From Octopus vulgaris (Eukaryota): a DNA stretch of 64,000 bases. Made by a program: the position numbers and the translations under genes. Of the stretch, positions 13,594 to 26,879 are shown piece by piece (the stretch's first letter is position 1; each line of letters opens with the position of its first letter). The notes under the pieces were generated by a model. It saw only the letters and a program-made list of their open reading frames with translations. It had not been told where the DNA came from and made no database searches. The stretch lies in NCBI GenBank assembly GCA_951406725.2, contig OX597815.1:23746001-23810000 (forward strand). Reading direction: 5' to 3'.

Positions 13594-13675
13594 TACACAC
13601 ACACACACACACACATATATATAGACACATATATATACATATATGCATAGATATATACGAATATATAGATATGTA

Positions 13676-13707
<32 letters not shown>

Positions 13708-14076
13708 TACGTATACACATATACATACACACATAACACACACATACACACACACAAACACACACACACTCACTTACATGCACAATCACATACATACACA
13801 CGTACGAACACGAATGTAAGCAGGCGGACGGATGAACTCACACAACAAACATATTAAACACTTATGTGTCTCCATAGTTCTGTGTATATATACCTGCATG
13901 CATATGTGTATATAGAGATATGAATAATATATTAGTGCATGTGTGTGCGAGTCTGTTCTGTATATGAGATATATTCGTACAGATACATATACATACCTAT
14001 ATGTCCATTACTCTCTCTCTCTCTCTCTCTCTCTCTGTATATATACTCTCTCTCTCTCTCTCTCTCTGTATATATA

Positions 14077-14113
<37 letters not shown>

Positions 14114-14234
14114 TATATGTAAACAAGGGAAAAATACACACATCCATATATATATATATATAAATACTTTGCTCTTGTTATCGTAAACATCCGCCTTTCA
14201 CCATGTGCTTCTGCTAACACCAGCCGTTTTTTCT

Positions 14235-14400
14235 CTATCTCGTTGCCCGCTCCGGGATCTTTCTTTCCTCTCTTTCCTTCTTTATGTTTCCGACGAAGAG
14301 CTCCGCTCGAAACGTCATACCTCCTGCTTCCTTTTCCTGAGCGCCTATTAATAATAATACTGTAATTGTTCCCTTGTTGTTGTTTTTGTTTCCGTTTGGA
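14235..14400 (+). mobile_element. PLE terminal-repeat-like fragment with a degenerate hammerhead motif
   Basis: ccgacga-a-gagc-tcc-gctc-gaaac-gtc at 14290-14316; abuts (TA)n. Confidence 0.5.
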
Positions 14401-14642
14401 TTATATATATATATATATATATATATTATACATATATACATACACACAGACACACATACACACACTCACATATGGACTTACATATATATGCATGCATGCA
14501 TATACATATATATGCATATATTTATACATCCATACCTACATATACTTACATACATACATACTTACATACACATATACATACATACTTACATACACATATA
14601 CATACATTCATACATATACATACATACATTCATATATACATA

Positions 14643-14673
<31 letters not shown>

Positions 14674-14714
14674 CATATATATACATATACATATACATAT
14701 ATACATACATACAT

Positions 14715-14753
<39 letters not shown>

Positions 14754-14905
14754 AGTATCTGATGTCGCACTGTTCCACCAACTTGCACGGCATCACCAAT
14801 GAGGTTAAACGAATTTTATGTATTGCAGTTATTTTCGTCGTCTGCTTCCTTCCTGTTACATATCTTAAATGGAGGAGTCTCCTCTCTTTACCGTCACTTT
14901 CCCTA

Positions 14906-14944
<39 letters not shown>

Positions 14945-15028
14945 GCTACTACGTCACTCTCTCTCTCTCTCTCTTTATCTTATAGTTTACTCTCTAAGCC
15001 TCGATCATTCATCTCCACTTTTTTCTCC

Positions 15029-15068
<40 letters not shown>

Positions 15069-15399
15069 TTCGTTTATTTCTTCTCCTCAACGACTCGTTT
15101 TCACTCATCTACTCCTCCTCCCCCTCTCTTCCTCCCTTCCTCTCCCCCTCTCTCTATCAGCTTGTTTCTTTTTTTCATTTCACTTCCTTTCCCCCTTATT
15201 ACTTTCTCTCTTCCATCTCTTTCTCTCTATCTGTCTGTCTCTCTTTCTCTTTCTCTTTCCGTCTCTCTCTCTCTCTCGATACACACACGCATACATATAC
15301 ACACAGATATACATAGACGCACACACGCACCGCACGTACATACACAAAGATTCATAGATACGCATACAGATACATAAATTCATAGATTCATACATACAT

Positions 15400-15447
<48 letters not shown>

Positions 15448-15449
15448 AC

Positions 15450-15510
15450 ACATATATATGTACACATATGTATACACACATGTGTATATATATAATGCAC
15501 ATACACGCAT

Positions 15511-15544
<34 letters not shown>

Positions 15545-15601
15545 GTACACATATGTATACACACGTGTGTATATATATATATATAATGCACATACACGCA
15601 T

Positions 15602-15637
<36 letters not shown>

Positions 15638-15790
15638 GTACACATATGTATACACACATGTGTATATATATAATGCACACACACACACTCACACACATAT
15701 ATATATATATGTACACATATGTATACACACATGTGTATATATATATATATATATAATGCACATACACGCATACACACTCACACACATGTA
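15450..15790. repeat. Higher-order ~70-85 bp tandem repeat built from microsatellite modules
   Basis: Unit tatgtacacatatgtatacacacatgtg(ta)n-atgcacatacacgca(ca)n repeated 4 times. Confidence 0.85.
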
Positions 15791-16101
15791 TACATATATT
15801 TATATATACACTCACACATACCCTCTTCCTTTCTTTGTTTCTTTGTTTCTTTCTTTCTTTCTTACTCTCTCTCTCTCTTACTCTATCTCTCTCTTTCCTT
15901 CTCTCTTTCAGTTTCGTTCTCTACTTCTCCTAACCCGATACTACTTTATATATATATATATAAAATATATAAAATATATATATATATATATATATATCCG
16001 TTATTTCACTTTCATCTTTAGTCGGTAAGTAATTATAATGCTTAAAGGAGCTAAGATATGCCGTGTATTTATTATCATGCTATGAAGTGCTAAAATTTCA
16101 G

Positions 16102-16218
16102 TTGGTTCGCCGTTACCGATGTTATTGTTACCTCCATCGACAACACTTGAAGCGACTCGTGGTGGAAACTCTTGGCATCCGTTCAATGTAGGATTACAAC
16201 ATTACCATAGCGAATCAG
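16102..16218 (+). CDS. Possible internal coding exon (117 nt, phase 1-1), product unknown
   Basis: aatttcAG acceptor, CAG|GTTTGC donor, single open frame GSPLPMLLLPPSTTLEATRGGNSWHPFNVGLQHYHSES; unique-sequence island within repeats; no recognisable homology. Confidence 0.25.
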
Positions 16219-16614
16219 GTTTGCAAATGATATCATAACTTATTTTCGTTATGCTCTACCCAAACTTCCAGTGACGTCAAATGAGGAATAAAGCACGGCG
16301 AAAATACTAAACTCAATATATAATTATTAATCGCGTTTCTTCTCTCTTCTTTTTTTTTTTTTTTTTTTTTTTTTGCATACGTAAGCACACACACACGTGC
16401 GAGCACACACACACACGCGCACGCACGCACCACATGCAGCTACACACACACACAAATATACACACACACACGCTCACGCACGCACACACACACACAAATA
16501 CACACATACAGCTACACACACATACACACACAAATATACACACACACACATACACAAACACAAATACACACATACAGCTACACACACACGTACACACACA
16601 CACATACACGCACA

Positions 16615-17220
16615 CACACTCATTTTTTCAAATCAAAGTTACATGCAGAAATTTACACACACACAAATACACACATACAGCTACTCACACACGCACACAC
16701 ACAGCCACACACACGCACACACACACAGCTACACACATACACACACATACACGCACACACACTCATTTTTCAAATCAAAGTTACATACAGAAATTTACAC
16801 ACACACAAATACACACATACAGCTACACACACACACACACACAGCCACATACAGCTACACACACACGCACACACACGCACGCACACACTCATTTTTCAAA
16901 TCAAAGTTGCATACAGAAATTTACACGCACCTGCAAACATACACATGCAAATATAGATACGCAACTTCACACACACACATATATACACACTCTCTCTCCC
17001 TCTCTCTCTCTCAAACACACACACATACGCACACACATTACAAGATACACACATACTCTCTCACACACACGCATACCCATTAAGATATACACATACTCTC
17101 TTTCACACATACACACTCACACACACATTCACACACACACACGCATTATAAGATACACACATACTCTCTCTCACACACGCATACCCATTAAGATATACAC
17201 ATACTCTCTTTCACGCATAC
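16615..17220. repeat. Two higher-order tandem repeats (catttttcaaatcaaagtt..gaaattta x3; aagatacacacatactc..cccattaag x2)
   Basis: Direct reading. Confidence 0.8.
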
Positions 17221-17277
17221 ACACACACACACACTCACACACACACATTCACACACACACATTCACACACACACACG

Positions 17278-17312
<35 letters not shown>

Positions 17313-17827
17313 TAAGGAACTTACATTTTCAAACCAAAATTACATACAGAAAAAAAACGGTACAAATATCGGTATACATAGAGATACATAACTTCACACA
17401 TACACATACACACACCACACACACACACATACACATACACACACACACATACACATAGATACATGCACGCATAGACGCACACACACACATACCCAAACAC
17501 ACACACACATACACACACACGCACACATGCAAGCATAGATGCACACACATACACACACACACACCCAGACGCACACAAGAGTATATACAAACCCTGATGT
17601 AAACCAGTGTCGTTATTGAAAGGTGTTGCGGACATATCACAAGAATTGGTAAAAGCATCAAAGAGCCGGAACGATGCTTATTGATGCAAAGATAGACAAA
17701 TGGCCGTATGTGAACTGTTAGCCTCCAACCAAACACAGCTGTTGAATGGCTACTTAATAATATTCTATTGTTCTTTCACATTGATAACTACGATAGACAC
17801 ACGTTGCAACATATTTGATATCTTCAT

Positions 17828-18050
17828 CTTGTTTCGATCATTTCGTTTGCAGCCATGCTGAGGCACCCACCGCTTCGAGAGAGATTTTGGTCGAACAGAG
17901 CAACTCCTCGGGCTTATGTTTAAGCGTTGATGCTTATTCTATCGGTACCTTTTGTGAAACTGCTGAGTTACGAGGACGTAAATGAACCAGCAGCGGTTGT
18001 CAAGCGGTGATAGGTGGGGAACAAAAACAACACAGAAACGTACACAGAGA
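17828..18050 (-). mobile_element. SINE family B, 3' part (diverged)
   Basis: Reverse complement of the cgcttgacaaccg..ccgatagaataag..cagcatggc..gaaacaag tail. Confidence 0.65.
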
Positions 18051-18405
18051 TATGCACACATACATGTATGTGTGTGTGTGTGTGTATCTATATATACATA
18101 CATACATGCATGCATACATACATACATACATACATACACACATATATATATATATATATATACATACACACATATATGTATATATATACATACATATATA
18201 TATACATACATGCATACACATATACATACATACATACATACACACACACATATACATACACACACATATACATACATACATACATACACACGCATATACA
18301 TACATGCATACATACATGCATACATACATACATACATACATACATACATACATACATACATACATACATACATACATACATACATGTGTGTGTATGTGTG
18401 TATCC

Positions 18406-18887
18406 GGCATGGCTGTGTGGTAACAAGCTTGCTTCTCAATAACATGATTCCAGGTTCTGTCCCACTGTGTGGCACCTTAGGCAAGTGTCTTCTACTAGAG
18501 CCTCGGGCCGACCAAAGCTGTGTAAGTTGATTTGGTAGACGGAAACTGAAAGAAGCCCGTCGCGTATGCATGCATGTATGTATGTATGTATGTATGTATG
18601 TATGTATGTATGTATGTATGTATGCATGCATGCATGTATGTATGTATGTATGTATGTAAGTGTGTGCACGCGCACGTCTTTGTGTCTGTGTTTGTTCTTC
18701 ACCACCACTTGACAACCGGCGTTTGGTGTGTTTAGGTCGCCGTAACTTAGCTGTTTGGCAAAAATATCGATAAAATAAATACCATGCTTTAAAAAAAACG
18801 TACTGGGGTCAATTCATTCGACTAAACCCTTCAAAGAGGTACCCGAGCATGGCCGCAGTCCAATGACTGAAATAAGTAAAAGATAAA
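18406..18887 (+). mobile_element. tRNA-derived SINE, family B (CORE-like)
   Basis: tggctgtgtggtaa..gtggcaccttaggcaagt..ggaaactgaaagaagcccgtcg, internal microsatellite, conserved tail. Confidence 0.85.
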
Positions 18888-19374
18888 TGTATTAACATAA
18901 TGCATTCGGTAGGAACGTAACAAGTGAATTCAAAATTAATGGTAATATTTTTTTCCCTACAACCACAGCGGCTTCCTTTTTTTGTCATTGACCTGGGCCC
19001 TTGTAATTTATTTATTCATTCCACCAATTGTGGTTTTGAAATCAGTGTGTATCTGTAATTTATGCGAAGGCTTGAACTTCATTTTGTTCACTTTTTCTTG
19101 CCTTGCTCTCGGATAAAAATCAACGATCTTCGAATGATTTAACTTCGTTTCTATAATCAAGGATAACTAAAATGTCTTCGAGAACCGTATTATTTCATAA
19201 AACCGATTAACTCTAGATTCGGTTTTTATAAGCAGTTGAATGGTTAATTTCTTTCTGGATGATAAGAGAGAGACTTTTGCTAGTTATATTCTAGGATGGT
19301 TTATACCCATTTTCTACATCTAAGTGAAGCATGTAGAAAATGTGCTGCCTTCTCCTGAATACAGCAAAACGAAA

Positions 19375-19976
19375 CCTATTTCTTTACTACCCACAAGGGG
19401 CTAAACACAGAGGGGACAGACAAGGACAGACAAACGGATTAAGTAGATTATATCGACCCCAGTGCGTAACTGGTACTTAATTTATCGACCCCGAAAGGAT
19501 GAAAGGCAAAGTTGACCTCGGCGGAATTTGAACTCAGAACGTAACGGCAGACGAAATACCTATTTCTTTACTACCCACAAGGGGCTAAACACAGAAGGGA
19601 CAAACAAGGACAGACAAACGGATTAAGTCGATTATATCGACCCCAGTGCGTAACTCGTACTTAATTTATCGACCCCGAAAGGATGAAAGGCAAAGTCGAC
19701 CTCGGCGGAATTTGAACTCAGAACGCAGCAGCGGACGAAATACCTATTTCTTTACTACCCACAAGGGGCTAAACACAGACAGGACAAACAAGGACAGACA
19801 AACGGATTAAGTCGATTATATCGACCCCAGTGCGTAACTGGTACTTAATTTATCGACCCCGAAAGGATGAAAGGCAAAGTCGACCTCGGCGGAATTTGAA
19901 CCCGGAACGCAGCGGCGGACGAAATACCACAAAGCATTTCGCCCGGCGTGCTAACGTTTCTGCCAGCTCGCCACCA
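19375..19976 (-). mobile_element. Head-to-tail trimer of SINE family A (184-bp period)
   Basis: Units start at ~19375, 19559 and 19743; only the unit at the 19976 end has the tRNA head; flanks cagcaaaacgaaacct / cagccaaacaaaacct resemble one TSD. Confidence 0.9.
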
Positions 19977-20160
19977 GCCAAACAAAACCTGCGAATATGA
20001 CCTCTTGAAGCACAAACTGTATATGACCTTATCCAGTTGATCTTTTCATCTCTACCTATCCTCTAAGATGATCTTCCTGACTCTTTGATTATGAGATTTT
20101 TCTATAATTCAAATTGATATGATCCAATACAATTTTTGGTCATTGTAATTTTCAAACAAA

Positions 20161-20562
20161 GCGTGGGTATGGCTGTGTGGTAAGTAGCTTGCTTACCAAC
20201 AACATGGTTCCGGGTTCAGTCCTACAGCGTGGCAACTTGGGCAAGTGTCTTCTAATATAGCCTCGGGCCGACCAAAAGCCTTGCGAGTGGATTTGGTAGA
20301 CGGAAACAGAAAGAAGCCCGTCGTATATATGTATATGTGTGTGTGTGTGTGTATGTTTGTGCGTCTGTGCTTGTCCCCCAAATATCGCTTGACAACCGAT
20401 GCTGGTGTGTTTACGTCACCGTAACTTAGCAATTCGGCAAAACAGACCGATAGAATAAGTACTAGGCTTACAAAGAATAAGTCCTGGGGTCGATTTTCTC
20501 GACTAAAGGCGGTGCTCCAGCATGGCCACAGTTAAATGACTGAAACAAGTAAAAGAGTAAAA
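20161..20562 (+). mobile_element. SINE family B
   Basis: Full head, CORE-like block, internal (TG)n and gtaaaagagtaaaa tail. Confidence 0.9.
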
Positions 20563-20756
20563 ACAAAAGAAGTGTGGTTTTAAAGCTAAAAAATTATCCC
20601 AGACAAAATGTATCATACCTCGGAGTTCTTATATACTGTGCCCCAGCATGACCACAGTCAAATGACTGAAACAAGTAAAAGAGTAGAAAAAAAGAGTGTG
20701 GTTTTAAAGCTAAAAAATTATCCCAGACAAAATGTATCATACCTCCGAGTTCTTAA
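20517..20756. repeat. Direct duplication (~115-125 bp) of SINE tail plus 3' flank
   Basis: ccagcatg..gagttctta at 20517-20631 and 20643-20756. Confidence 0.85.
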
Positions 20757-21033
20757 CTTATATGACATTATTCATTAGCTTCAGTTGTAAATTTGATTAT
20801 TTCATGTTATGATTACAAATAGTAGCAAAAGTATCCGCATTGCTGTTGCCTAAGTTTCAAAATCATACATCGTGGATATTATGTAACAGTATTCGGTCGG
20901 TAAAGTTTTAAAGCTTGTGGTCCAATTGTTTGTTTCCTGATATGTAAGAATATACCGTTGATGTACGTTTACAATTTTAATTTGTATATATACAAACGTG
21001 TACATTTCTAAAAGATTTTGATTACTCTTCCAG

Positions 21034-21147
21034 ATCACGAACGAGACATATGAACAGATTGTAAATTTCGAAGTGATGAAATACGAACAGCAGATCGCTC
21101 GCGACCTACTGGGGTTTCCTGTGCAGTGGGAAACGATTTGGAAATGA
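21034..21147 (+). CDS. Possible terminal coding exon of an unidentified host gene
   Basis: ttactcttcCAG acceptor, frame ITNETYEQIVNFEVMKYEQQIARDLLGFPVQWETIWK*, AATAAA ~10 nt after the stop; protein-like composition but no recognised family. Confidence 0.35.
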   Translation: MTNETYEQIVNFEVMKYEQQIARDLLGFPVQWETIWK

Positions 21148-21978
21148 TATTTACTGTAAATAAAACTGAAAAGAAAAAAAAAAAAACTAGGAAGAAATTA
21201 AGAGATAATCCGTAATAGAAAACGAGGAAACGAAGGACATGTTCTTTTGATGTAAGTATAGAACTCAAACTGAAAGTGAAACTAGCTCCCTGCTATCATT
21301 TATTTATGATTCACGATTAAAAATAAGAACATTTTAGAATGTTCGTTTACTTCATTTGATTATTTATTGCGGCCTGCGGCATTTTCCCGGAACGTAATAG
21401 AGCCTGAGTGACTGTGCAATGCCGAAATGGGTAAACGAATTATATATGTGCGTGGGCACACATTATATATATATATATATAACGTACGTGGGCACACATT
21501 TTATATAACAATGCGTTCGATGTTGGATACTCTGATATACAGTAATATAACTTCGCTATTATTTTTTTTTCACTATCAAAGATTAGCTTTTCTGGTTCAT
21601 ATATTTCGACAGATATAAGTTACTGTATCAACAAAGCTATCGATTAACGGTTGAAAACAATCGATTCTGGTCTTATTTTAGTTCAAGTGATATCTAAACT
21701 CATCTTTAAAAGAGTATAAAAACGAAAATTATTTTCCGTTTCTCTTTGGTAAATTGATAAATTCTAACCACATGGATATTGTTGCAATCCGGAAAACAAC
21801 CAACGGAGAACAAACAAAATATTGAATGAGATATGAAAAGCGATGGTAGAAAAACAGAGTAAGGATAAGAATAAAGAACAATAAATGAATATGGGTATAG
21901 TTGTTTTATATTTGTCATGGCCATCCATGTACTAGCGTTTTAAGATGATCTTGTACGTATAGATATAACAGCTTTTAC

Positions 21979-22378
21979 GGATCTTTTCGGTTTGACCAGC
22001 AGTTTTTAAAAATAATTTCCACGTAACTAAACACTTTTAAACTTCGTATACTGGTAGAATGTGTTTATAAAACATCTTTTATTGAGAAAATTCTATAGTT
22101 TGTAAGATATTTGTTGTTGTTTTTTCTTCAATTTCTGCAATTTCAACCAATCGATGACGTCTATTGAGGTGAAAACATTCTGTGCCGTATGAAACAGATT
22201 GGGTTTATTTATATTTCTGAAGAAAAAATGTACCCTTCCTCCCACCCATAACTCTAACCCTAACTAACCATAACCCTAACAGATTGAAATGCAATAGATC
22301 GATACTAGGGTCATAATTATTGGTGACAATTTCATATGACACCGCTAGAAAAAACTGCTGTTCAAACCGAAAAGATCC
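21979..22378 (-). mobile_element. MITE with ~29-bp TIRs, 8-bp TSD and telomere-like repeats
   Basis: TIR ggatcttttcggtttga..cagttttt; TSD gcttttac; internal (CCCTAA/CTAA)-like tract at ~22249-22280; inverted copy at 50012-50460. Confidence 0.9.
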
Positions 22379-23447
22379 GCTTTTACAATTAGTTATGCAT
22401 TTTATTACAGTGGGTTGGTGCCTTGACCTACGTCCCATGGACTTTTTAATTTTTAATGTAGTTATTGTTTAGCTCAAGGTTAGTTGTGACTGAGCAGAAT
22501 TTGATCAAAGGTATTCTGGTCACGACCATTTCATTCTTCTCTCAGGCGTTGAGCGCCTTTCTTTAATGGCTTAGTCAAAAGAGAAGAGCAGCAGCCATGA
22601 GTGTGTTCAATGTTCTTCGAGATAGATGAGAGGAAGGAAGGAATTGTCTTCAAACCGAAGACCTTCCTTGAATGCTTACAAAAGAGTGTATTCCACTAAA
22701 ATCATCCAAAGGACTGGTCGAGCAACAGATCAAAGCTACCAACGTTAAAACCAAAAAGAATATCAGAGCAAAATAGTGAAATAGACTCAATATTACTTTG
22801 AAGAAATTCCTGCTTTAACACGAACTTCTAAAAAGGAACCTTCATCAAGCCTTAATTTACTCTCGGATTTAAAACAATGCCAATGAATTAGGCTTTGCCA
22901 TATTTGAATATATTAAGTTAAATATGCTTAACAGAAACATTTTTGTTTTCTTGTATTTTATATCATTGTGTCCATTTCTTTTTAAGATGGCGTGATTTAA
23001 GGGAGATTTTACAGCCCTTTCAAGCAAATCGAATGAGCGAAGAAGCTCCTTGGTTGACAATCAGGTTGCTCTAGCATTATGGTCTGTCTGGTGATGGGTA
23101 AATTGCTTCCAATGTTTTGAAGTTTTAGGATTTGTAATCGAGAACTTCGGGTTTCTCGATCAGAGCTTGCATAGACCACAATGTGCCTTGTTGGTGAGTG
23201 TGGGAGCTTTTCCATAGCATTTTAATCAGCTCAGTATTAATAAAACAAATGAAATTCCTGGAATAAATTTCCTGCTGTTTTGAATATGTAAATCACTAAC
23301 TTGAAGGTCAGTCCATGAAGATATAGTATCCAGATGTACGAATCAGCTAGCCAACGGGAGATCTTCTTCATGCTCACTCGATTTGTTTGAAAGAGCTGTA
23401 AAATCTTACTGAAATTACATCGTAACATCTTGAAAAATTAGTTCTCA

Positions 23448-23505
23448 TGTAGCACTTTTTGGTGGTGTAGCACTTTTTGGTGGTGTAGCACTTTTTGGTG
23501 GTGTA
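23448..23505. repeat. 18-bp tandem repeat x3 (tgtagcactttttggtgg)
   Basis: Direct reading. Confidence 0.9.
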
Positions 23506-24559
23506 CAAGCTACTGAATAAAACAGACAATTATATTTATAGATCTTCTTGATTAGACATTTCAGAAAGGTGATTTTTTTGACATTGTTTAAGATGTGAGT
23601 CGGAGATTATGCAAACTGACTGTGAGTCTATATTTGTTTTCGAAATTCTGTGCTCGTATGAATCAGATGTGTTCTCTACTACAAATGATATTTAATAAAA
23701 AAAAAATAAAAAAAAAGTTAAAAAGAAAAAACTGGTGGGTACGTAAAGCAGAAGGTTTGGAATGTAAATAAAGGGGTCAACTCATATATCTTCGGAAAGG
23801 CAAGCATAACGAAAATTCTAATGAATTACAAATGTATTTGTGTATGTGTGTGTATTTGTCTGTGAGTATGGATTGATATGTGTGAGTGTCTGAGTGTCTC
23901 CTTTGAATAGAACGTTCCTAAACTTGCATAGCTTATTAATAAAACCATGTGATGGTTTAACATCCGTTAAGATGATTCAATACCACTCCCGACATAGCAC
24001 CTATTTTTTAGTGGTCTCGACCAAGTTATATGATATCTTCCCTAAAATTTGTGTTCACAAACACAAATATATACACTTCAAAAATACACACACACACACA
24101 CATGCATACTTGTACATACACACGAATTATAATTACTCACACACACACACACACAAACAAGTACTCACATGTTAAAGTAACATCGATGCACATCCATTAT
24201 ATATTTATATACATAAACATATATGCACCTACTACACACACACGCAGCCCCTACCTTCACAGATATACATACATATACACACGCACGTATACACACTCCT
24301 ACATTCTAGAAACATATATCCATGTAATAGGCATAGCTGTTCGTGAACTGAGTTATGTTAGGTTGTGTGTTCTGCTTCAGAACCAACGCACCTTACCTTT
24401 CGAAGTTTTCTATCTCAAGGTTGCACAACACATACTCTGTCTGTAGAGTCCCTATCCTAACTTCTACTAGCACAAGACACAAAGCAAGCATGCGTCTGAC
24501 ACATGCACTCGCTGCTGATAGACTTCGGCAGCTAAGATGGGGGTGTTATGTTGTATTAA

Positions 24560-24761
<202 letters not shown>

Positions 24762-24764
24762 ATA

Positions 24765-24926
24765 GGCGTAGGAGTGGCTGTGTGGTAAGTAGCTTGCTTA
24801 CCAACCACATGGTTCCGGGTTCAGTCCCACTGCGTGGCACCTTGGGCGAGTGTCTTCTACTATAGCCTCGGGTCGACCAAAGCCTTGTGAGTGGATTTGG
24901 TAGAGGGAAACTGAAAGAAGCCCGTC

Positions 24927-24984
<58 letters not shown>

Positions 24985-25210
24985 TTGTGTGTATATGTTT
25001 GTGTGTCTGTGTTTGTCTCCCCAACATCGCTTGACAACCGATGCTGGTGTGTTTACGTCACCGTAACTTAGCAGTTCGGCAAAAGAGACCGATAGAAAAA
25101 GTACTAGGCTTAATAAAGAATAAGTCCTGGGGGTCTATTGGCTCGACTAAAGGCGGTGCTCCAGCATGGCCACAGTCACATGACTGAAACAAGTAAAAGA
25201 GTAAAAGAGT
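24765..25210 (+). mobile_element. SINE family B, near-consensus copy
   Basis: GGCGTAGGAGTGGCTGTGTGGTAAG..GGTTCAGTCCC head, gtggcaccttgggcgagt CORE-like block, internal (TA)n, (gtaaaaga)2 tail. Confidence 0.9.
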
Positions 25211-25534
25211 ATTATCATTTAACTATAACGAATTAGCTAATAGTTCTTTTCGTTTTCTATACTCAGTACCCGAAGAAAGAATGACCGTCTCACACACAAA
25301 TACAGCAATTACGCATGCGTGCGCCCAGACACAAGCGCGCCATTTAGTTTGTCTATCATTCTCTTTTCTCTGTTTCCCTCTTCACATACATACATGCATA
25401 CACACTCTCCCTGTCTGTCTGTCTGTCTGTCTGTCTGTCGCTCTCAAACGCACTCACTAAACACATAGCAATATATATTATATAACATACATAAGGATTT
25501 GCACTTATATATACATAATATATATGTGTGTATA

Positions 25535-25536
25535 TG

Positions 25537-25576
<40 letters not shown>

Positions 25577-25627
25577 CATCCATCCACCTACCTACCTACC
25601 TACCTACCTACCTACCTACCTACCTAC

Positions 25628-25666
<39 letters not shown>

Positions 25667-25731
25667 CCGACCTACCTGCCTACCTACCTACCTACCTACC
25701 TACCTACCTACCTACCTACCTATCTATCTAC

Positions 25732-25769
<38 letters not shown>

Positions 25770-25851
25770 GTCTATCTATCTATCTATCCATCAATTCACC
25801 TACCTACCTACCTACCTACCTACCTACCTACCTACCTATCTACCTACCTAC

Positions 25852-25887
<36 letters not shown>

Positions 25888-26395
25888 TTTCCTCTTCCCC
25901 TTTTTTTCCCCTTTTTTCTTCTTTTTTCATTTCTCTTTTCTTTTGTTCCTTTTCCTCTTCTTTTTTTTGTTTTTCTTTTCTTCCCTTTTACGATCCCTCT
26001 TGATCGAAAACCTACGCCACCCCCTTTTTTTTGTTTCTTTTGTTTTTTTCATCCCCCAAAAGAAAAGCTCTACCTTGTAACTTGTCCCATCTGTGTGCAG
26101 CCCTGTGTGGCCAATAAAGAAACTTATCTATCTATCTATCCACCTACCTACCACCTACCTACCTACCTACCTACCTACCTATCTATCTATCTATCTAAAA
26201 TACACACGTGCGCACATACACATACACACGCATTTGTGTATGTATGTATGTATGTATGTATGTATGTATGTATGTATGTATGTATGTATGTATGTATGTA
26301 TGCATGCATGCATGTATGTATGCATGTATGTATGCAAGTATGTATGTATGTATGTATGCATGTATGTATGTATGTATGTATGTATGTATGTATAT
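25535..26395. repeat. (TATC)n/(TACC)n/(TATG)n tetranucleotide arrays
   Basis: Direct reading. Confidence 0.95.
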
Positions 26396-26879
26396 CTAAC
26401 ACGCCTCAGCACATTCACACGTGTTTATTGTCTCCAACAAGATGTTCTCCCTATAGACAATGTGTATAAAAACACATCCAGCTGGGCTCTGGATGATGTC
26501 ATCAAACTGTCAGACACGTGTTTCTACGTGGTTATGCTTTGTCGATGACAGATACCACTTTACTCGTTCACACGCCGGTCGGAACTGCCCTTCCTACCAG
26601 CAGAACTTCATTTGCACACGCGCACGCATATACATACTGAAAGTTGGTTTAAGCATGCTCTAACGACCCTGCCAATTCGCTAATAATAACAATAACCCTT
26701 TCATGCACCCAACACCAGAGCTGAAGACACCTCCGAAAGGGGGTGGGGCACGTCAAAACGGTAGAGGAGTAGGGGCCGAAACCGGACGTGGTTCCTGCTG
26801 ATGATGTCTTGAGCTAACTGGATCCTATAAAGGAGCTGTTGTGGTTGCAGACCACGAAACACGGTTGTAATTCCTCAGA

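Larger units (their letters stand above)
10140..17600. repeat. ~7.5-kb block of compound microsatellites: (TATG)n, (TA)n, (CA)n, (TATC)n, (GA)n
   Basis: Direct reading; accounts for the [12 protein letters not shown] ORFs. Confidence 0.95.

Noticed and set aside
14762-14890. MSHCSTNLHG..RILCIAVIFVVCFLP, signal-anchor or GPCR TM6-like
   Set aside because: No convincing splice donor; runs straight into (CT)n.
10206-18715. Dozens of long ORFs (MYVC, YIHT, THTH, YIYI)
   Set aside because: Translations of stop-free microsatellites, open in several frames on both strands.
19375-19976. Regular repeats resembling a CRISPR array
   Set aside because: No unique spacers, eukaryotic context, and the units are SINE bodies.
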